Of a stretch of 64,000 bases of DNA, positions 1 to 10,378 are shown piece by piece. The notes under the pieces were generated by a model. It searched no databases, was not told where the DNA came from, and worked only from the letters and a program-made list of their open reading frames with translations. Positions within the stretch are counted from its first letter, which is position 1, and every line of letters begins with the position of its first letter. Both the position numbers and the translations under genes were made by a program. Location of the stretch: positions 160,001 through 224,000 of the forward strand of contig CBDHDG010000002.1 of the NCBI GenBank assembly GCA_965261595.1, written 5' to 3'. This DNA is from a bacterium (GTDB lineage Bacteria > UBA8248 > JACPRG01 > G963555815).

Positions 1-156
1 GTCGGTTTTGAAGTAGAGCCGGCCGTCGGATGAGATCAGGCCGAAGAAGGTCTCTCCCCGGTAGAGTCCGAACCCGCCGAACATGGGACGGGCGTGGACA
101 TCGTTCATCCCATCCAACTGGTCCAGGACAAACCGACAGAAGTTTTCGTCCCTCAT
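1..156 (-). CDS. TfoX/Sxy N-terminal domain protein (partial, runs off window start)
   Basis: Manual translation from ATG at 156: [59 protein letters not shown] and LYFK motifs of TfoX_N. Not in ORF track. Confidence 0.8.
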   Translation of the reverse strand, partial: MRDENFCRFVLDQLDGMNDVHARPMFGGFGLYRGETFFGLISSDGRLYFKTD

Positions 157-182
157 GGGCGGCGCTCGCTTCGCCGGAGGGA

Positions 183-614
183 TTACACCGGGTTCTTGAG
201 GCTGTCGAAGCCGCCCTGGAAAACGCCGTTGGCGACCACCCCGCAGATCTCTTCTTCGTTCTCCGGGGGGACGTCGAACTCCGCGGACCACTCGGCGAAC
301 GTGCGGCCGCCGTCCGTGACGGGCAAAAGGCGCAGCGTGGAGACGTAGTTCTTGATCGGGAAAGGAGACTCGAGAATCGAGTATGTGCAGGATCGCTCCT
401 CGTCCGAAAATGCCCGGAGCTCCTCGCGGATGACGGCGCCGTCCTCCAAGGTGAGCTTTCGTTTGCAGCCGGCCCGGTCCGCCGGCAGGTCGCCTTCGAT
501 GATGCTTTCACGGAACGCGGGGTTCCACCCGGCAAGGTCGCCGAAGTCCCGAATGGTCGCCCACACCTGATCGACCGGCCTGTCGATGACTGCGCTGACG
601 TAGACTTTTGCCAT
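183..614 (-). CDS. SRPBCC family protein (polyketide cyclase/dehydrase, MxaD-like)
   Basis: [24 protein letters not shown]...IREEL...YSILES...[13 protein letters not shown] at 614 with upstream AGAGGAG. Confidence 0.85.
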   Translation of the reverse strand: MAKVYVSAVIDRPVDQVWATIRDFGDLAGWNPAFRESIIEGDLPADRAGCKRKLTLEDGAVIREELRAFSDEERSCTYSILESPFPIKNYVSTLRLLPVTDGGRTFAEWSAEFDVPPENEEEICGVVANGVFQGGFDSLKNPV

Positions 615-905
615 TTCCGAATTCTCCTCTGAACCGAGCACTCCCCTGAGACCCTCCGCGGGCGACTGACGAAGGCGTTTTTCCGCGGTCTTCAATCCCG
701 GACGGGGGTCAACCCCGGCATTGCGGCGAATGGGCGCATCCTAGCACGGCGGGCGCGAGAAAGCGGGTCAAAGCCAAATCCGGAAAGCCGACGAAGGTTC
801 TTTGTTCTACATGGGGAACCACCCAAACCCAGAGATGTAGGCGCGGGGATGAGACGTGGGGGATTCCGTGTTGCGCCGGAAACCAACCCCACCTCCGGTC
901 TCCCG

Positions 906-1355
906 TTACAGAACCCGATCGAGCCGGACCAACGTGCCGTTCCAGCCGTCGGCGTGGGCTTGGCGCGCTTCCTCCGTGGGAAGGAGCTCGTGCGTGACCG
1001 AGATTTCGGTCTGATCGCCTTCCCCCCGAAACTCGACCGTGACCAACGTCTCGCCGATGTCCATACCGCCCTCGGCCCACGACCAGGTGAACACCAGTTT
1101 CTCTCCGGGCGCGACTTCTTTGTACACGCCCGCGGTAGTGTTGCGGTTTCCGTCCGGCGACACCATCACAATCCGGTAGGCTCCGCCGACGCGCACGTCG
1201 GCCTCGGCGGTCGGGATTGTGAAGTCGTCGCTGGGCCCGAACCATCGTTTGAGCGCTTCCGGCTCGGCCCACGCCCGGTAAACCCGGTCCCGGGAGGCCA
1301 CGTATGTCCGTTGAAAGGTCAGGGCCTGAACAGATTCTACGTTGCCTGATGCCAT
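906..1355 (-). CDS. SRPBCC/AHSA1-like domain protein
   Basis: QRTYVASRDRVYRAWAEPEALKRWFGP...DVRVGGAYRIVM...KLVFTWSW...HADGW; ATG at 1355 after AAGGAGG. Confidence 0.88.
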   Translation of the reverse strand: MASGNVESVQALTFQRTYVASRDRVYRAWAEPEALKRWFGPSDDFTIPTAEADVRVGGAYRIVMVSPDGNRNTTAGVYKEVAPGEKLVFTWSWAEGGMDIGETLVTVEFRGEGDQTEISVTHELLPTEEARQAHADGWNGTLVRLDRVL

Positions 1356-1513
1356 GGGTTCTCCTCCTTTTTGTCCGTGAGGGTTCCCGTCCCATCGAGC
1401 CATTTCCTCATCTCTTCCGGTTCCGTCCACGCCCGGAAAATCCTTTCCCTCGGGGCCGGGAACGTCCGTTGGATGGAGACCGCGGTTTCGCGGGCGGTTT
1501 GTCCTCGGGGCAT
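1337..1513 (-). pseudogene. Truncated SRPBCC/AHSA1-like gene fragment
   Basis: 58 aa containing only the N-terminal motif IQRTFPAPRERIFRAWTEPEEMRKW. Confidence 0.65.
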
Positions 1514-1881
1514 TGCGTTTCCCCCCCCCTCCCCCCCCCTCCCTCCTCCTCGTCTCGGGTGGTTTCCAGGTATTCGGCCAGGGCGTCCAGGCGCTTCTCC
1601 CAGAATCGGCTGTAACGTCGAATCCAATCGTCCGCGTCTTGCATGGGCTTCGCGTTCAACCGGCAGCGGTGAATCCGGCCGTCCCGCTCCCGCGATAGGA
1701 GGCCCGCCGTCTCCAGCACCCGTAAATGCTTCGAGATGGCGGGAAGCGATATCTTGAACGGCCGGGCCAGCGCCGTCACCGTGGACTCCCCCCGCGCGAG
1801 CCGCGTCAGGATCGCCCGCCGCGTCGGGTCGGCCAGCGCCGAAAATGTGATGTTCAGACGGTCTTGATTATATTTAACCAT
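1408..1881 (-). CDS. ArsR/SmtB family transcriptional regulator
   Basis: TFSALADPTRRAILTRL...ISLPAISKHLRVLETAGLL...RFWEKRLDAL; C-terminus uncertain because of the poly-C tracts at about 1521-1545. Confidence 0.88.
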   Translation of the reverse strand: MVKYNQDRLNITFSALADPTRRAILTRLARGESTVTALARPFKISLPAISKHLRVLETAGLLSRERDGRIHRCRLNAKPMQDADDWIRRYSRFWEKRLDALAEYLETTRDEEEGGGGRGGETQCPEDKPPAKPRSPSNGRSRPRGKGFSGRGRNRKR

Positions 1882-1889
1882 ATGGTTAA
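1874..1889. promoter_or_regulatory. Perfect palindrome TTAACCATATGGTTAA over the ArsR start codon; probable autoregulatory operator
   Basis: 16-bp perfect inverted repeat containing the ATG (1879-1881). Confidence 0.7.
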
Positions 1890-2116
1890 GTATTGGGCGT
1901 TTTGGGAGTGTCGTCAATGGGGTTTTTCTCAGGATGTGTTTCTTTTCCGGAAAACCTATGGTATGCGGTCGGAGCCGAAAGGGGACCTGAGCAGGGTCCG
2001 GGGGGGTTGGGTTCCGGCCGCCGTATGGAAGGTCGAACACGGAAATCTTGACGGGCCTTGCCCGTTGGGCGGTTTTCGCGGGGCACCTGAATCCCGCCGC
2101 GGTGGAGGCGATAGAG

Positions 2117-3181
2117 ATGAAGCAAGTCGTGCTTGGCGGGATGGCCCTTCTCTTGGCGGCCGTCCCGGCGCGGGCGGACCTGAAGGCCGGACTGGAGGCC
2201 CTCCGGCGAGGCGGCTACGAATTCGCCCTCTCGGAATTGACGCCTTTGGCCGAGTCGGGAAGCGCCGAAGCCCAATTTCACCTCGGTGAGCTGCACCGTC
2301 ATGGAGAAGGCGTGCGGAAAGACATGGCCGTGGCGGCCGGCTGGTATCGGAAAGCGGCGGAGCAGGGGCACGCCGGCGCCCAATATCGACTAGGCTACAT
2401 GCTCGCCGAGGGTTGGGGCGTGCCCCAGGATTACATAGAAGGGGCCAAGTGGTACAGATTGGCCGCGGAGCAGGGACATACCAGCGCCCATCTCCGACTT
2501 TCGAGCCTCTATCACATCGGCCTGGGCGTGCCGCAGGACTATCGGGAAGCGGCCAAGTGGGTCCGGAAAATTGCGGAGAAGGGGGTCACCGGGGCGGAGT
2601 TTCAATTGGGACACATGTATCACAGAGGCGAAGGCCTGCCGCGGGACCATGCGTTGGCGTTGCGGTGGTATCGAAAGGCGGCCCGGAAGGGGCACACCGC
2701 CGCCGAAGGACGCCTCGGCTTGATGTGCGAAAATGGATGGGCGGTGCGGCGGGACTTCACCGCGGCGGTGAAATGGTACGGCAAGGCCGCCGAGAAGGGG
2801 GAGAGCGGGGCCCAGGTGGATTTGGGCCGCATGTTCGCCCATGGCCTGGGCGTGTCGAGGGATTACACCGAGGCCGTGAAGTGGTTCCGGAAGGCGGCCG
2901 TCAATCGGCGTGACGCACGCGCCCAATATCACCTTGGCTTCATGTATGCCGCCGGTCTGGGTGTGCCGAGGGATCTGGACCAGGCCATCCATTGGTTTCA
3001 AAAGGCGGCCAGGCAGAGGTTCGCGTACGCCAACGTTTACCTTGGCCTTCTGTACGCCGCTCGCCGGGGTCTTTTCGGGCGGGCGAACCTCGATGCCCTG
3101 CGCTCCCGCGCGGGCGCCCCGGAGGTTGTGGAATATTGCGAGAGGCGTTGGTGCGCCCCAGGTCGTCGGCCGGATCGATGA
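2117..3181 (+). CDS. Secreted Sel1-repeat protein
   Basis: Signal peptide MKQVVLGGMALLLAAVPARA followed by about 8 AQxxLGxMYxxGxGVxxDxxxAxxWYRKAAEQG repeats. Confidence 0.92.
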   Translation: MKQVVLGGMALLLAAVPARADLKAGLEALRRGGYEFALSELTPLAESGSAEAQFHLGELHRHGEGVRKDMAVAAGWYRKAAEQGHAGAQYRLGYMLAEGWGVPQDYIEGAKWYRLAAEQGHTSAHLRLSSLYHIGLGVPQDYREAAKWVRKIAEKGVTGAEFQLGHMYHRGEGLPRDHALALRWYRKAARKGHTAAEGRLGLMCENGWAVRRDFTAAVKWYGKAAEKGESGAQVDLGRMFAHGLGVSRDYTEAVKWFRKAAVNRRDARAQYHLGFMYAAGLGVPRDLDQAIHWFQKAARQRFAYANVYLGLLYAARRGLFGRANLDALRSRAGAPEVVEYCERRWCAPGRRPDR

Positions 3182-3208
3182 TCGGCCTCACCCCGGGCAG
3201 TCCCGTTC

Positions 3209-4240
3209 TCAGCGAAGGCCGCCGCCGAGAACCGCTTCGAGCGCCTCCTCCACGTCGATGGCCGCCAAACATGTGTGGCCAGCCCGCTCGCCCCGGGTGC
3301 AGGCGGCGCAGCCGGCGTTGCGGCGGAGGATCACCACACGCTCGCCACGCGGTCCCCAAACCGCCGGTTGCGTCGGCCCGAACAGGGCGACGGTGTTCGC
3401 GCCGCACGCGGCGGCCAGGTGAGTGACGCCCGAGTCGCTTCCCACGTAACCCCCCGCCCTCCTGAGCACCCCGGCGAGGGCCGGCAGGGGAGGGGATTGC
3501 AGGATTTTCAAAAAGGCCCCGCGTGTCAATTGCTGCACCGCCTTTCCCGTCTCTTCTTCGGCCGGACCGAGGAGCCAGACCACCTCTCCCTCCGCCGCCA
3601 GATCCTCCGCAAGGCGGACGAAACAGGACGGAGGCCAGCGCTTCCACCCTCCGCCGCTCCCTGGGTGGAGGACGAAATACGGGTCGTCCGCCCCGATCCC
3701 CAACCGGCTCAACAAACGGCGCGCATCGCGGAGATTTTCGGCCGTCGGACGAATCTCAGGGGCTTCCGGGCCGTCCGATGGCGGGAGTGCGCCCAAGGGC
3801 TTCAGACCCGCCAGAAGGTAATCCACGGCATGGACGGGGCGGGATGAGGCGGGCGGGTGGGGGTCCGCCCGGATGACTTTCCTTGCGAGGACGCCCAGGT
3901 TTTTCTCGAACGCTTCGTCACCGGGAGTCCAGGCGACGACGAGGTCATACGGGGCGTCGCGGGAGAATGCCCGGAAGATTTCCTCCGGGTCGGCGTCTTC
4001 GCGCCTCAGGAGCGAAAGCGCGGGGCCGTCGGCGGAGCGAAGGCGGGGACCGGCGAGGCCAAGCGGCATCACGGGAAGGACGGCGGGGTTTCCCACCCAC
4101 TCAATTCGGGAGGGGGAGGGGGGGGGGAAATGTCGGGCCGCAGCGGCTGCGGCCGGGAGCGCCAACAGCGTGTCGCCCAGTCCCCCGCCCCGGAGGATCA
4201 GGATGTCCCCGGCCGGGCTTTCCATCTCTACGTCATTCAA
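3209..4240 (-). CDS. Glycosyltransferase family 9 (heptosyltransferase-like)
   Basis: GGLGDTLL, LHPGSGGGWKRWP, DSGVTHLAAA, LFGPT motifs. Confidence 0.88.
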   Translation of the reverse strand: MNDVEMESPAGDILILRGGGLGDTLLALPAAAAAARHFPPPSPSRIEWVGNPAVLPVMPLGLAGPRLRSADGPALSLLRREDADPEEIFRAFSRDAPYDLVVAWTPGDEAFEKNLGVLARKVIRADPHPPASSRPVHAVDYLLAGLKPLGALPPSDGPEAPEIRPTAENLRDARRLLSRLGIGADDPYFVLHPGSGGGWKRWPPSCFVRLAEDLAAEGEVVWLLGPAEEETGKAVQQLTRGAFLKILQSPPLPALAGVLRRAGGYVGSDSGVTHLAAACGANTVALFGPTQPAVWGPRGERVVILRRNAGCAACTRGERAGHTCLAAIDVEEALEAVLGGGLR

Positions 4241-4266
4241 GTCTCAGGCCCGTTCCGGCGGAGCGC

Positions 4267-5715
4267 TCACGCCTGGGACGCGAACCTCGGGCGCAGGAGG
4301 CACACGACGAATCCAACGGACGCGAGGACGAAGAGAGAAAACTCGATCGCCTTCTCCCGGATTTCGATGACACCCTTTTGCGTTAAATAGGCAAGCGTAT
4401 TGATCTTGCCACTGAGGTACGCGATTTCCAATCGGGTCCGCCGGTCAAACGCCTTCGGCAGCCCGGCCGCGGCCGCCGGGGTTGGGGTCCGGTACAGGGT
4501 CGCCGCGCGCTCGAAGTTCTGAAGCGCCTCTTTCAGGTTTCGCTCGCGCATCGTGCCGTTCACTTGTTTGAGGGCGGTCGCGAGATCGTAGTGCAGCCGC
4601 GCGTCGCCGGGCGTCCATCCAATGGCTTCCTTGAACGCTCCCGCCGCCTTCAGGTAGTCCGCCCTGGCCAGGTAGATGTTGCCGATTTCCCGGGCCTTCG
4701 CCCCTCGCGCCTGCCGGTAGGCAAGCCGAGTCTCGTCAAATTTGTCAAGTCCCAACTTGATGCGCCGGCGGAAGGACGCCCGCTCTTTGCCCGCAAAAGA
4801 AGCCGCGCGTTGATTGAAGAGGGCGTCGGCCCTTCGGAAGTATTTGAGGGCCTCCTTTTCACGGCCCTTCAGTTGGCTATAGGCGTCGCCGATGCGAATG
4901 TGAATCCGCGGGTTGTCCGGGGCGTAGCGCAGGGCCTTCTTGTATAGAACGACTGCCTTATCGAACCACTCGCCCTGGGCGTGGTATTCCCCGAGGGTGA
5001 AGAAATTTTGAATCAGCTTCCTGCGGGGGCGCTCGTACGCGGGCGCGACCTCGAGGGCGCGGTTCAGCAGGCGCAAGCCCCCCTTGAGATTATCGCTAAT
5101 CCTTTCCTCCCCGAGCCGCGTCTGCTCCCGGGCCAAGATCAACCGCGCTTCGGGGTCCTTGGGAATTTTCATCTTTCCGTTTTGAAGGGGCGTTCTTTCG
5201 GAGTCCGACCCCGGCGCCCCCGCGTCCGCCGCAACCAGCGGGCCGAGCAGGTTGAAAAGCGCCTCTTTGGGGTTTGAAGGGTTCAGGTTCGCGATCTTCC
5301 GGAGGATGTCGGTCGTCAGCGGGAGACGCTTCAGGGCCTTCAGATAAGTCTCGCGGGCCCGGCCCCTCATGTGAAGGCTTTGGTAATGGCGGCCGAGGAG
5401 CAAGTACGCGATGGCCTCATCGGAGCAGGCGGCGATGGCCTTGCGGATGAGGTTCTCCCGCACGCCGGCCTCGGCGGCGCCCTCCGCCGCGGTCAGGTAA
5501 ATCTCTCCCGACTTCGGGCAGATGTTCTCCTCCGAGGCCCGGGCGAGCCCTGATCCCATCCAGAGTCCCAACAGGGCCGCCGCGAGGCGATAGGACCGGC
5601 GGTTCAACAATCCGCGATTTCTTGACATCGCGTTGGGGTTGAAGCGCCGACATCGCCGCGTCACCCGGCGGGGCTTCCGGCTCATTCGGTTCTTTTGGGG
5701 CGGTGTGAATTCCAT
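4267..5715 (-). CDS. Tetratricopeptide repeat protein with C-terminal transmembrane helix
   Basis: Several TPR-like units (AVVLYKKALRYAPDN, AFKEAIGWTPGD), N-terminal hydrophobic stretch; true start may be downstream. Confidence 0.75.
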   Translation of the reverse strand: MEFTPPQKNRMSRKPRRVTRRCRRFNPNAMSRNRGLLNRRSYRLAAALLGLWMGSGLARASEENICPKSGEIYLTAAEGAAEAGVRENLIRKAIAACSDEAIAYLLLGRHYQSLHMRGRARETYLKALKRLPLTTDILRKIANLNPSNPKEALFNLLGPLVAADAGAPGSDSERTPLQNGKMKIPKDPEARLILAREQTRLGEERISDNLKGGLRLLNRALEVAPAYERPRRKLIQNFFTLGEYHAQGEWFDKAVVLYKKALRYAPDNPRIHIRIGDAYSQLKGREKEALKYFRRADALFNQRAASFAGKERASFRRRIKLGLDKFDETRLAYRQARGAKAREIGNIYLARADYLKAAGAFKEAIGWTPGDARLHYDLATALKQVNGTMRERNLKEALQNFERAATLYRTPTPAAAAGLPKAFDRRTRLEIAYLSGKINTLAYLTQKGVIEIREKAIEFSLFVLASVGFVVCLLRPRFASQA

Positions 5716-6254
5716 CCGGCTTCATTTCAAGGAAAGGTTCAACGGCCGCTTCTGGAATAAAGATTGCGGATTCCCCCCCCTTCCGCATCCGACGAGGGGG
5801 ATGAATGATTATTGTCGCGCGATTCGATAACCTCCATCTTATCGAGGATTTAACAAAATCTTACACCGCCCCGGCAGGCCCCGCAAGGCGCGGGCTTGTC
5901 TCGACGGTTCCGTTGAGAGACGGGCGTTGCGGATCCCCCGAAGTCCGTGGACGGCGCCCCCGGCCGGCCAGGGGGGGGCCGGGAAAGGGATCGGTGGGCC
6001 GTTGAGGTGTGAAAGTCGGCAAGCCGCCGCCGAAACGGTCCTGAGCGGCCCCGGGTTGTCAATCTGAGCTCTTTACCTATGGGGAGTGCGGCGTCTTGCC
6101 CGCCATCCGCGCAAGGGCCTGTTGACATCTATGGCCATGAAAAATGTGGTACAAAGAGCGGGAGTGGATGCGGGTCGGCCGGCGGGCCGCCGGGTCCGTT
6201 CGGGCATGAGCCGGAATTCATCCGGCATGGCGCATCCGGGATTGAGGTGATTTT

Positions 6255-8561
6255 ATGGAAGGACTCATCGGAAAATCGGTCCCCCGCGTGGACGGACGCG
6301 AAAAGGCCACGGGGCGGCTCGGGTTTGTGAGCGATTACCTGCCGCCCAAGGCCCTCATCGGGAAGATCTTCCGGAGTCCGATCCCCCACGGACGCATCGT
6401 GCGGCTGGACCTGGAAGACGCCCGCAAGGCGCCGGGCGTGCGCTTGGTGATGGGGTTCGAGGACGCGCCGCGGCATCGATACAACCCCATCTATAACCAG
6501 CAGAACCCCCATTCTGACGTACAGGTCAAGGACGAATTCATCCTGGACGACACCCTCCGCTACATCGGCCAGCCCGTCGCGCTGGTCGTGGCGGAAACCG
6601 AGGATCAGGCCGTGGGGGCCTTCTCGGCCATCCATCTCGAGTGCGAGCCGCTTCCGGCGGTCTTCGACCTGGAAAGCGCCCTGCAGCCGGACGCGCCCGT
6701 GGTCAGGCCGGAGGGGGAGGGAAACATCAGCTTCGGGTTGCGCGACGCCGACCGGCCCATTTACCTGGGCCGGGGCGACGTGGAAAAGGGGTTTGCCGAG
6801 GCGGACGTGGTCTTCGAGGACGAATGGTCCACCCAACGGGTGAACCAGGCGCCCCTGGAGACCCATGTGATCTGCTGCTGGCCCGAGGCGGGGGACCGGG
6901 TGGCGGTCTATTCGACGACGCAGGCCATCTTCGGGCTGCGCGCCCGGTTGTCGGAGGCCACGGGCCTTCCCCTCTCGACGTTTCGCGTCATCCGGCCCGT
7001 GCTGGGCGGCGGTTTCGGCAAGGGGCTGGACCTGGTCGTGAACGAGCCCCTTTGCGCCCTGGCCGCAATGAGGCTGAATCGTCCCGTCCGGATCACTTCC
7101 ACCCCTGAGGAAGAGTTTACGCGGACCGCGAGACACCCCTCCCGGATGTGGGTGAAGACAGGCCTCAAGAAGGACGGCGCCCTGACCGCGCGGCACATGA
7201 GGGCCTGGATGGACTGCGGCGCTTCGGCCAATCACGGGCCTTCGGTCGTCCTGGTGGGCGGCAACATCTTCGTCGGGGCCTACAAGACGCCCCATCATCT
7301 TTTCGAAGGCTTCGCCGTGTACACCAACAACTTCCCCTCGGGCGCGATGCGGGGCTACGGCGCGGTTCAGACCAACTTCGCCGTCGAGTGCCACATGAGC
7401 CGGATTGCCGACGAGATGGGCTTCGACCCGTTCGAGTTCCGGGTGAAGAACTCCTATGAAGCGGGAGACATCTCGCCGATGACCGATCTGAAAATCAACT
7501 CCTGCGGGTTGTCCGAATGCGCCGGCCGGGCCCGGACGCTCATTGGATGGGATGATCCGAAGACGCGGACGCCCCTGGGCCCGAGCGTCAAGGTGGGCGT
7601 GGGTCTGGCCTTCTGCGGGATGAAGAACTCGGGGGTGCACACCGGCAAAGACCTGGCGGAGAAGGTGATCGAGTACTGCGGGGCGATCGTGAAGGCCAAC
7701 GAGGACGGAACCGTCGGCCTCAACATCGCCTCGATCGAGCAAGGCGGGGGGCAGGCGACCGCTTTGAGCCAGATCGTGGCCGACGCCTTGGGCGTGCCCC
7801 TGGAGCACGTCACCGTGGTTCCCAACGATTCGGACTCGGCCCCCTTCGACGCGCCGACGCACGCCAGCCGCATCACGTTCGCCGCCGGCCATTCCGCCCG
7901 TCTGGCCGCTTTGGACGCGCGGGAGCAGATCCTGGAAGCCGCCGGACGGATGATGGACGTGAATCCCGGGGACCTTGAGATATCCGGGGGCGTTGTCTCC
8001 TCCCGGAATTCATCCGGGAAATCCCTCAGCGTGGGGGAAATCGTCGAGACCGCCCATTACAAGGAAATGATTTCGATCATCGGAAAGGCGACGACCCAGC
8101 CGCCGGGCAACCCGCCGGCCTTCGGCGTCCAGTGCGTCAAGGTGGCGGTGGATGAGGAGACCGGGGAGGTCGAGATTCTCGACATGTCGGACGTGCATGA
8201 CATCGGGCGGGTGGTGAACCCGCTTGGGGCGGCCGGACAGGTGGAGGGCGCCTTCGCCCAGGGGATCGGCCTCGCCGTCAGCGAGCACCTTGTCATCAAC
8301 GGGGCCTCCGGGACCGTGGAGAACGCCCAGTTCGGGGATTATAAAATACCCACGACACTGGACGTGCCGCTGAGCCGGGTCGGGTTCGCCGAGGGGGATG
8401 AATCCTTGCAGTCGGAGATGAAAGGGGTTTCGGAGACGACGATGAACTCCCCGGCCGCGGCGATCGCGAACGCGGTGTACGACGCCGTGGGCGTGCGGGT
8501 TCACGACTTGCCGATTACGCCTGAGAAGATCCTCGAAGGACTTCGGGGCCGCTCCGGCTGA
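6255..8561 (+). CDS. Xanthine dehydrogenase family molybdopterin-binding subunit
   Basis: IGKSVPRVDGREKATG, GGGFGKG, GAMRGYG, GQVEGAFAQGIG, AIANAVYDAVG, LPITPEKIL. Confidence 0.92.
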   Translation: MEGLIGKSVPRVDGREKATGRLGFVSDYLPPKALIGKIFRSPIPHGRIVRLDLEDARKAPGVRLVMGFEDAPRHRYNPIYNQQNPHSDVQVKDEFILDDTLRYIGQPVALVVAETEDQAVGAFSAIHLECEPLPAVFDLESALQPDAPVVRPEGEGNISFGLRDADRPIYLGRGDVEKGFAEADVVFEDEWSTQRVNQAPLETHVICCWPEAGDRVAVYSTTQAIFGLRARLSEATGLPLSTFRVIRPVLGGGFGKGLDLVVNEPLCALAAMRLNRPVRITSTPEEEFTRTARHPSRMWVKTGLKKDGALTARHMRAWMDCGASANHGPSVVLVGGNIFVGAYKTPHHLFEGFAVYTNNFPSGAMRGYGAVQTNFAVECHMSRIADEMGFDPFEFRVKNSYEAGDISPMTDLKINSCGLSECAGRARTLIGWDDPKTRTPLGPSVKVGVGLAFCGMKNSGVHTGKDLAEKVIEYCGAIVKANEDGTVGLNIASIEQGGGQATALSQIVADALGVPLEHVTVVPNDSDSAPFDAPTHASRITFAAGHSARLAALDAREQILEAAGRMMDVNPGDLEISGGVVSSRNSSGKSLSVGEIVETAHYKEMISIIGKATTQPPGNPPAFGVQCVKVAVDEETGEVEILDMSDVHDIGRVVNPLGAAGQVEGAFAQGIGLAVSEHLVINGASGTVENAQFGDYKIPTTLDVPLSRVGFAEGDESLQSEMKGVSETTMNSPAAAIANAVYDAVGVRVHDLPITPEKILEGLRGRSG

Positions 8562-8579
8562 GGGGCCGGAAGCCATCGC

Positions 8580-8978
8580 CTAGAGCGCGACGTAGACGTC
8601 CCCGTCCCGGATCGTCACCTCGAATGTCCGCAGCCGCACCTTCCCGTTCGTCGGGAGGGCGCCGGTTTCAAGGTCGTACTCGTATCCGTGCCACGGGCAG
8701 ACGATGTGAACCCGGTCGGCCGAATACTTGAAGCCGGCGCTGGTCCCGTCCGGGGCCAAATCCTCTTCCACCCTTTTGAAAATCCGGCCTTGGCAGACGG
8801 GACCGCCCTGGTGGGCGCAGTGGTTTTCGTAGGCGAAGAAGCGCCCCTTGATCCGAAACACGCCGATCTCCAGACCGTCGTGGTCGATGACCTTTCGGCC
8901 GCCCTCGTCGAACTCGGCCTCGTTTCCCACGTAGAGCTCGGGCACGCCGGGTTCCTCCGCTTTCGGTTTGCCGATCAA
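8580..8978 (-). CDS. Rieske [2Fe-2S] ferredoxin
   Basis: CAHQGGPV and CPWHGYEYD Rieske ligand motifs. Confidence 0.9.
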   Translation of the reverse strand: MIGKPKAEEPGVPELYVGNEAEFDEGGRKVIDHDGLEIGVFRIKGRFFAYENHCAHQGGPVCQGRIFKRVEEDLAPDGTSAGFKYSADRVHIVCPWHGYEYDLETGALPTNGKVRLRTFEVTIRDGDVYVAL

Positions 8979-8988
8979 GGCGGGTCGG

Positions 8989-10209
8989 TCACTTGCCCTT
9001 GGGGTTGTCCAGATTGAACAGCTTCAAGGCGTTCCCGCCCAGGATGTTTCGTTTCGCCCCCTCGCTCAGGAAGGGGAGGTCGTAAATCGTGCTGGGCAGA
9101 TCGAAGTCCTGGTGCGGCCAGTCCGAGGCGTAGAGGAGCTGGCTCTCGGCGTTGATCATCTTGAACGTGAATTCCAGCGCATTCAGGCTGTATTTTTCGA
9201 GCGGCTGGGCGCTGAAAAACATCTCGCGGATATATTCGCTCGGCAGCCGCTTGAGCGCCGGCGCCTCGGAGGTGCGGAGCAGATATTCGTGGTCCAGCCG
9301 CTGGATCATGAAGGGGACCCAGGCCAGTCCGCTCTCGATCCAGATGACCTTCAGGCGGGGAAACCGCTCGGGGATGCCGTGGAGCACCCAATTGACGAGG
9401 TGAACGATGTTCCACAGGACGAATCCCACCGTGTGCATCCCGACGAACCGGCTGAACTGGGTCAGGACCGGCTCCTGCCAGTAATACCCGCTGTGGAAGG
9501 CGATGGGCAGGCCCCGTTCCTGAAGGGTCGCGTACAGCTTCATGTACGGGTTGGCCTGGACCGGTTGGTTCCGGACGCTGGTGACCATGAACCCGATCAC
9601 CTCGGGCTCGCCCGCGAACTCCTCGACCATTTTGATGGACGCCTCCGGATTGCTGAAAGGAAGATAGAGCATCGACTTGAGCCGGTCGTCGGCCTTGAGG
9701 ATGTGATCGACCAGCCAGCGGTTGAACGCCCGCGAGAGCACGACCTCCATGTCGAGCTGCGGGTGCATGCCGACGTGGAGCATCGCCGTGGGAAAGACCA
9801 CCATGTAGTCGATGCCGATGCTTTCCAGGGCCCGGCGGATCAGGACCAGGTTGCGCTCGCCGTCGGATTCCTCCACCGTCTCCCGCCGGTCGGAATCGTG
9901 GGGGATGCGCCCGCCGATGTCCTGGTACCACATTCCCGGATTGGTGTTCAGGCCGTACGCTGGGGCGCCCCCCTTGTTCTTGTAAAAATCCAGGGCGTTA
10001 TCGCGGATGACCGGGTCTTCGATGTATTCGGCGACCTCATGCCAGTTCATCGTCTCGATGATGTGGGAATCCACGTCGAAGATGGGGAAATCCCGATAGC
10101 GGCGCTCCTCGGCCTGCCGTTTGGCGTGCGCGAGGATGTCCCGCGTGTCGGTGTAGACGTCGATCTGCTGGACCGGAACCTCTTTCGTGTCTCCGATTTG
10201 GTGCGCCAT
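8989..10209 (-). CDS. Amidohydrolase_2-fold protein (possible dimetal oxygenase subunit)
   Basis: DVDSH, AFHSG, IESGLAW and ASDWPH motifs; directly upstream of the Rieske ferredoxin. Confidence 0.85.
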   Translation of the reverse strand: MAHQIGDTKEVPVQQIDVYTDTRDILAHAKRQAEERRYRDFPIFDVDSHIIETMNWHEVAEYIEDPVIRDNALDFYKNKGGAPAYGLNTNPGMWYQDIGGRIPHDSDRRETVEESDGERNLVLIRRALESIGIDYMVVFPTAMLHVGMHPQLDMEVVLSRAFNRWLVDHILKADDRLKSMLYLPFSNPEASIKMVEEFAGEPEVIGFMVTSVRNQPVQANPYMKLYATLQERGLPIAFHSGYYWQEPVLTQFSRFVGMHTVGFVLWNIVHLVNWVLHGIPERFPRLKVIWIESGLAWVPFMIQRLDHEYLLRTSEAPALKRLPSEYIREMFFSAQPLEKYSLNALEFTFKMINAESQLLYASDWPHQDFDLPSTIYDLPFLSEGAKRNILGGNALKLFNLDNPKGK

Positions 10210-10378
10210 GCTTTTCGCGGCTCCATCATCGGTTGAGCGCGATCGCCGTGCTTCGGGGCGACCGAGGCAGACCCGCATTATATACCGCTTGCGGGAAGGC
10301 TTCTCCTCGGGAGGGGTTTGAGGCAGGATAGGCGCGATATTTGGACCCACCCTGAGAAGTTGGGAGAGACGCCACCAT

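Noticed and set aside
6129..7892. Long antisense ORFs opposite real genes (also 21151-22728, 33127-35061, 43236-44726, 48137-49678)
   Set aside because: Typical high-GC shadow ORFs overlapping genes with clear family motifs.
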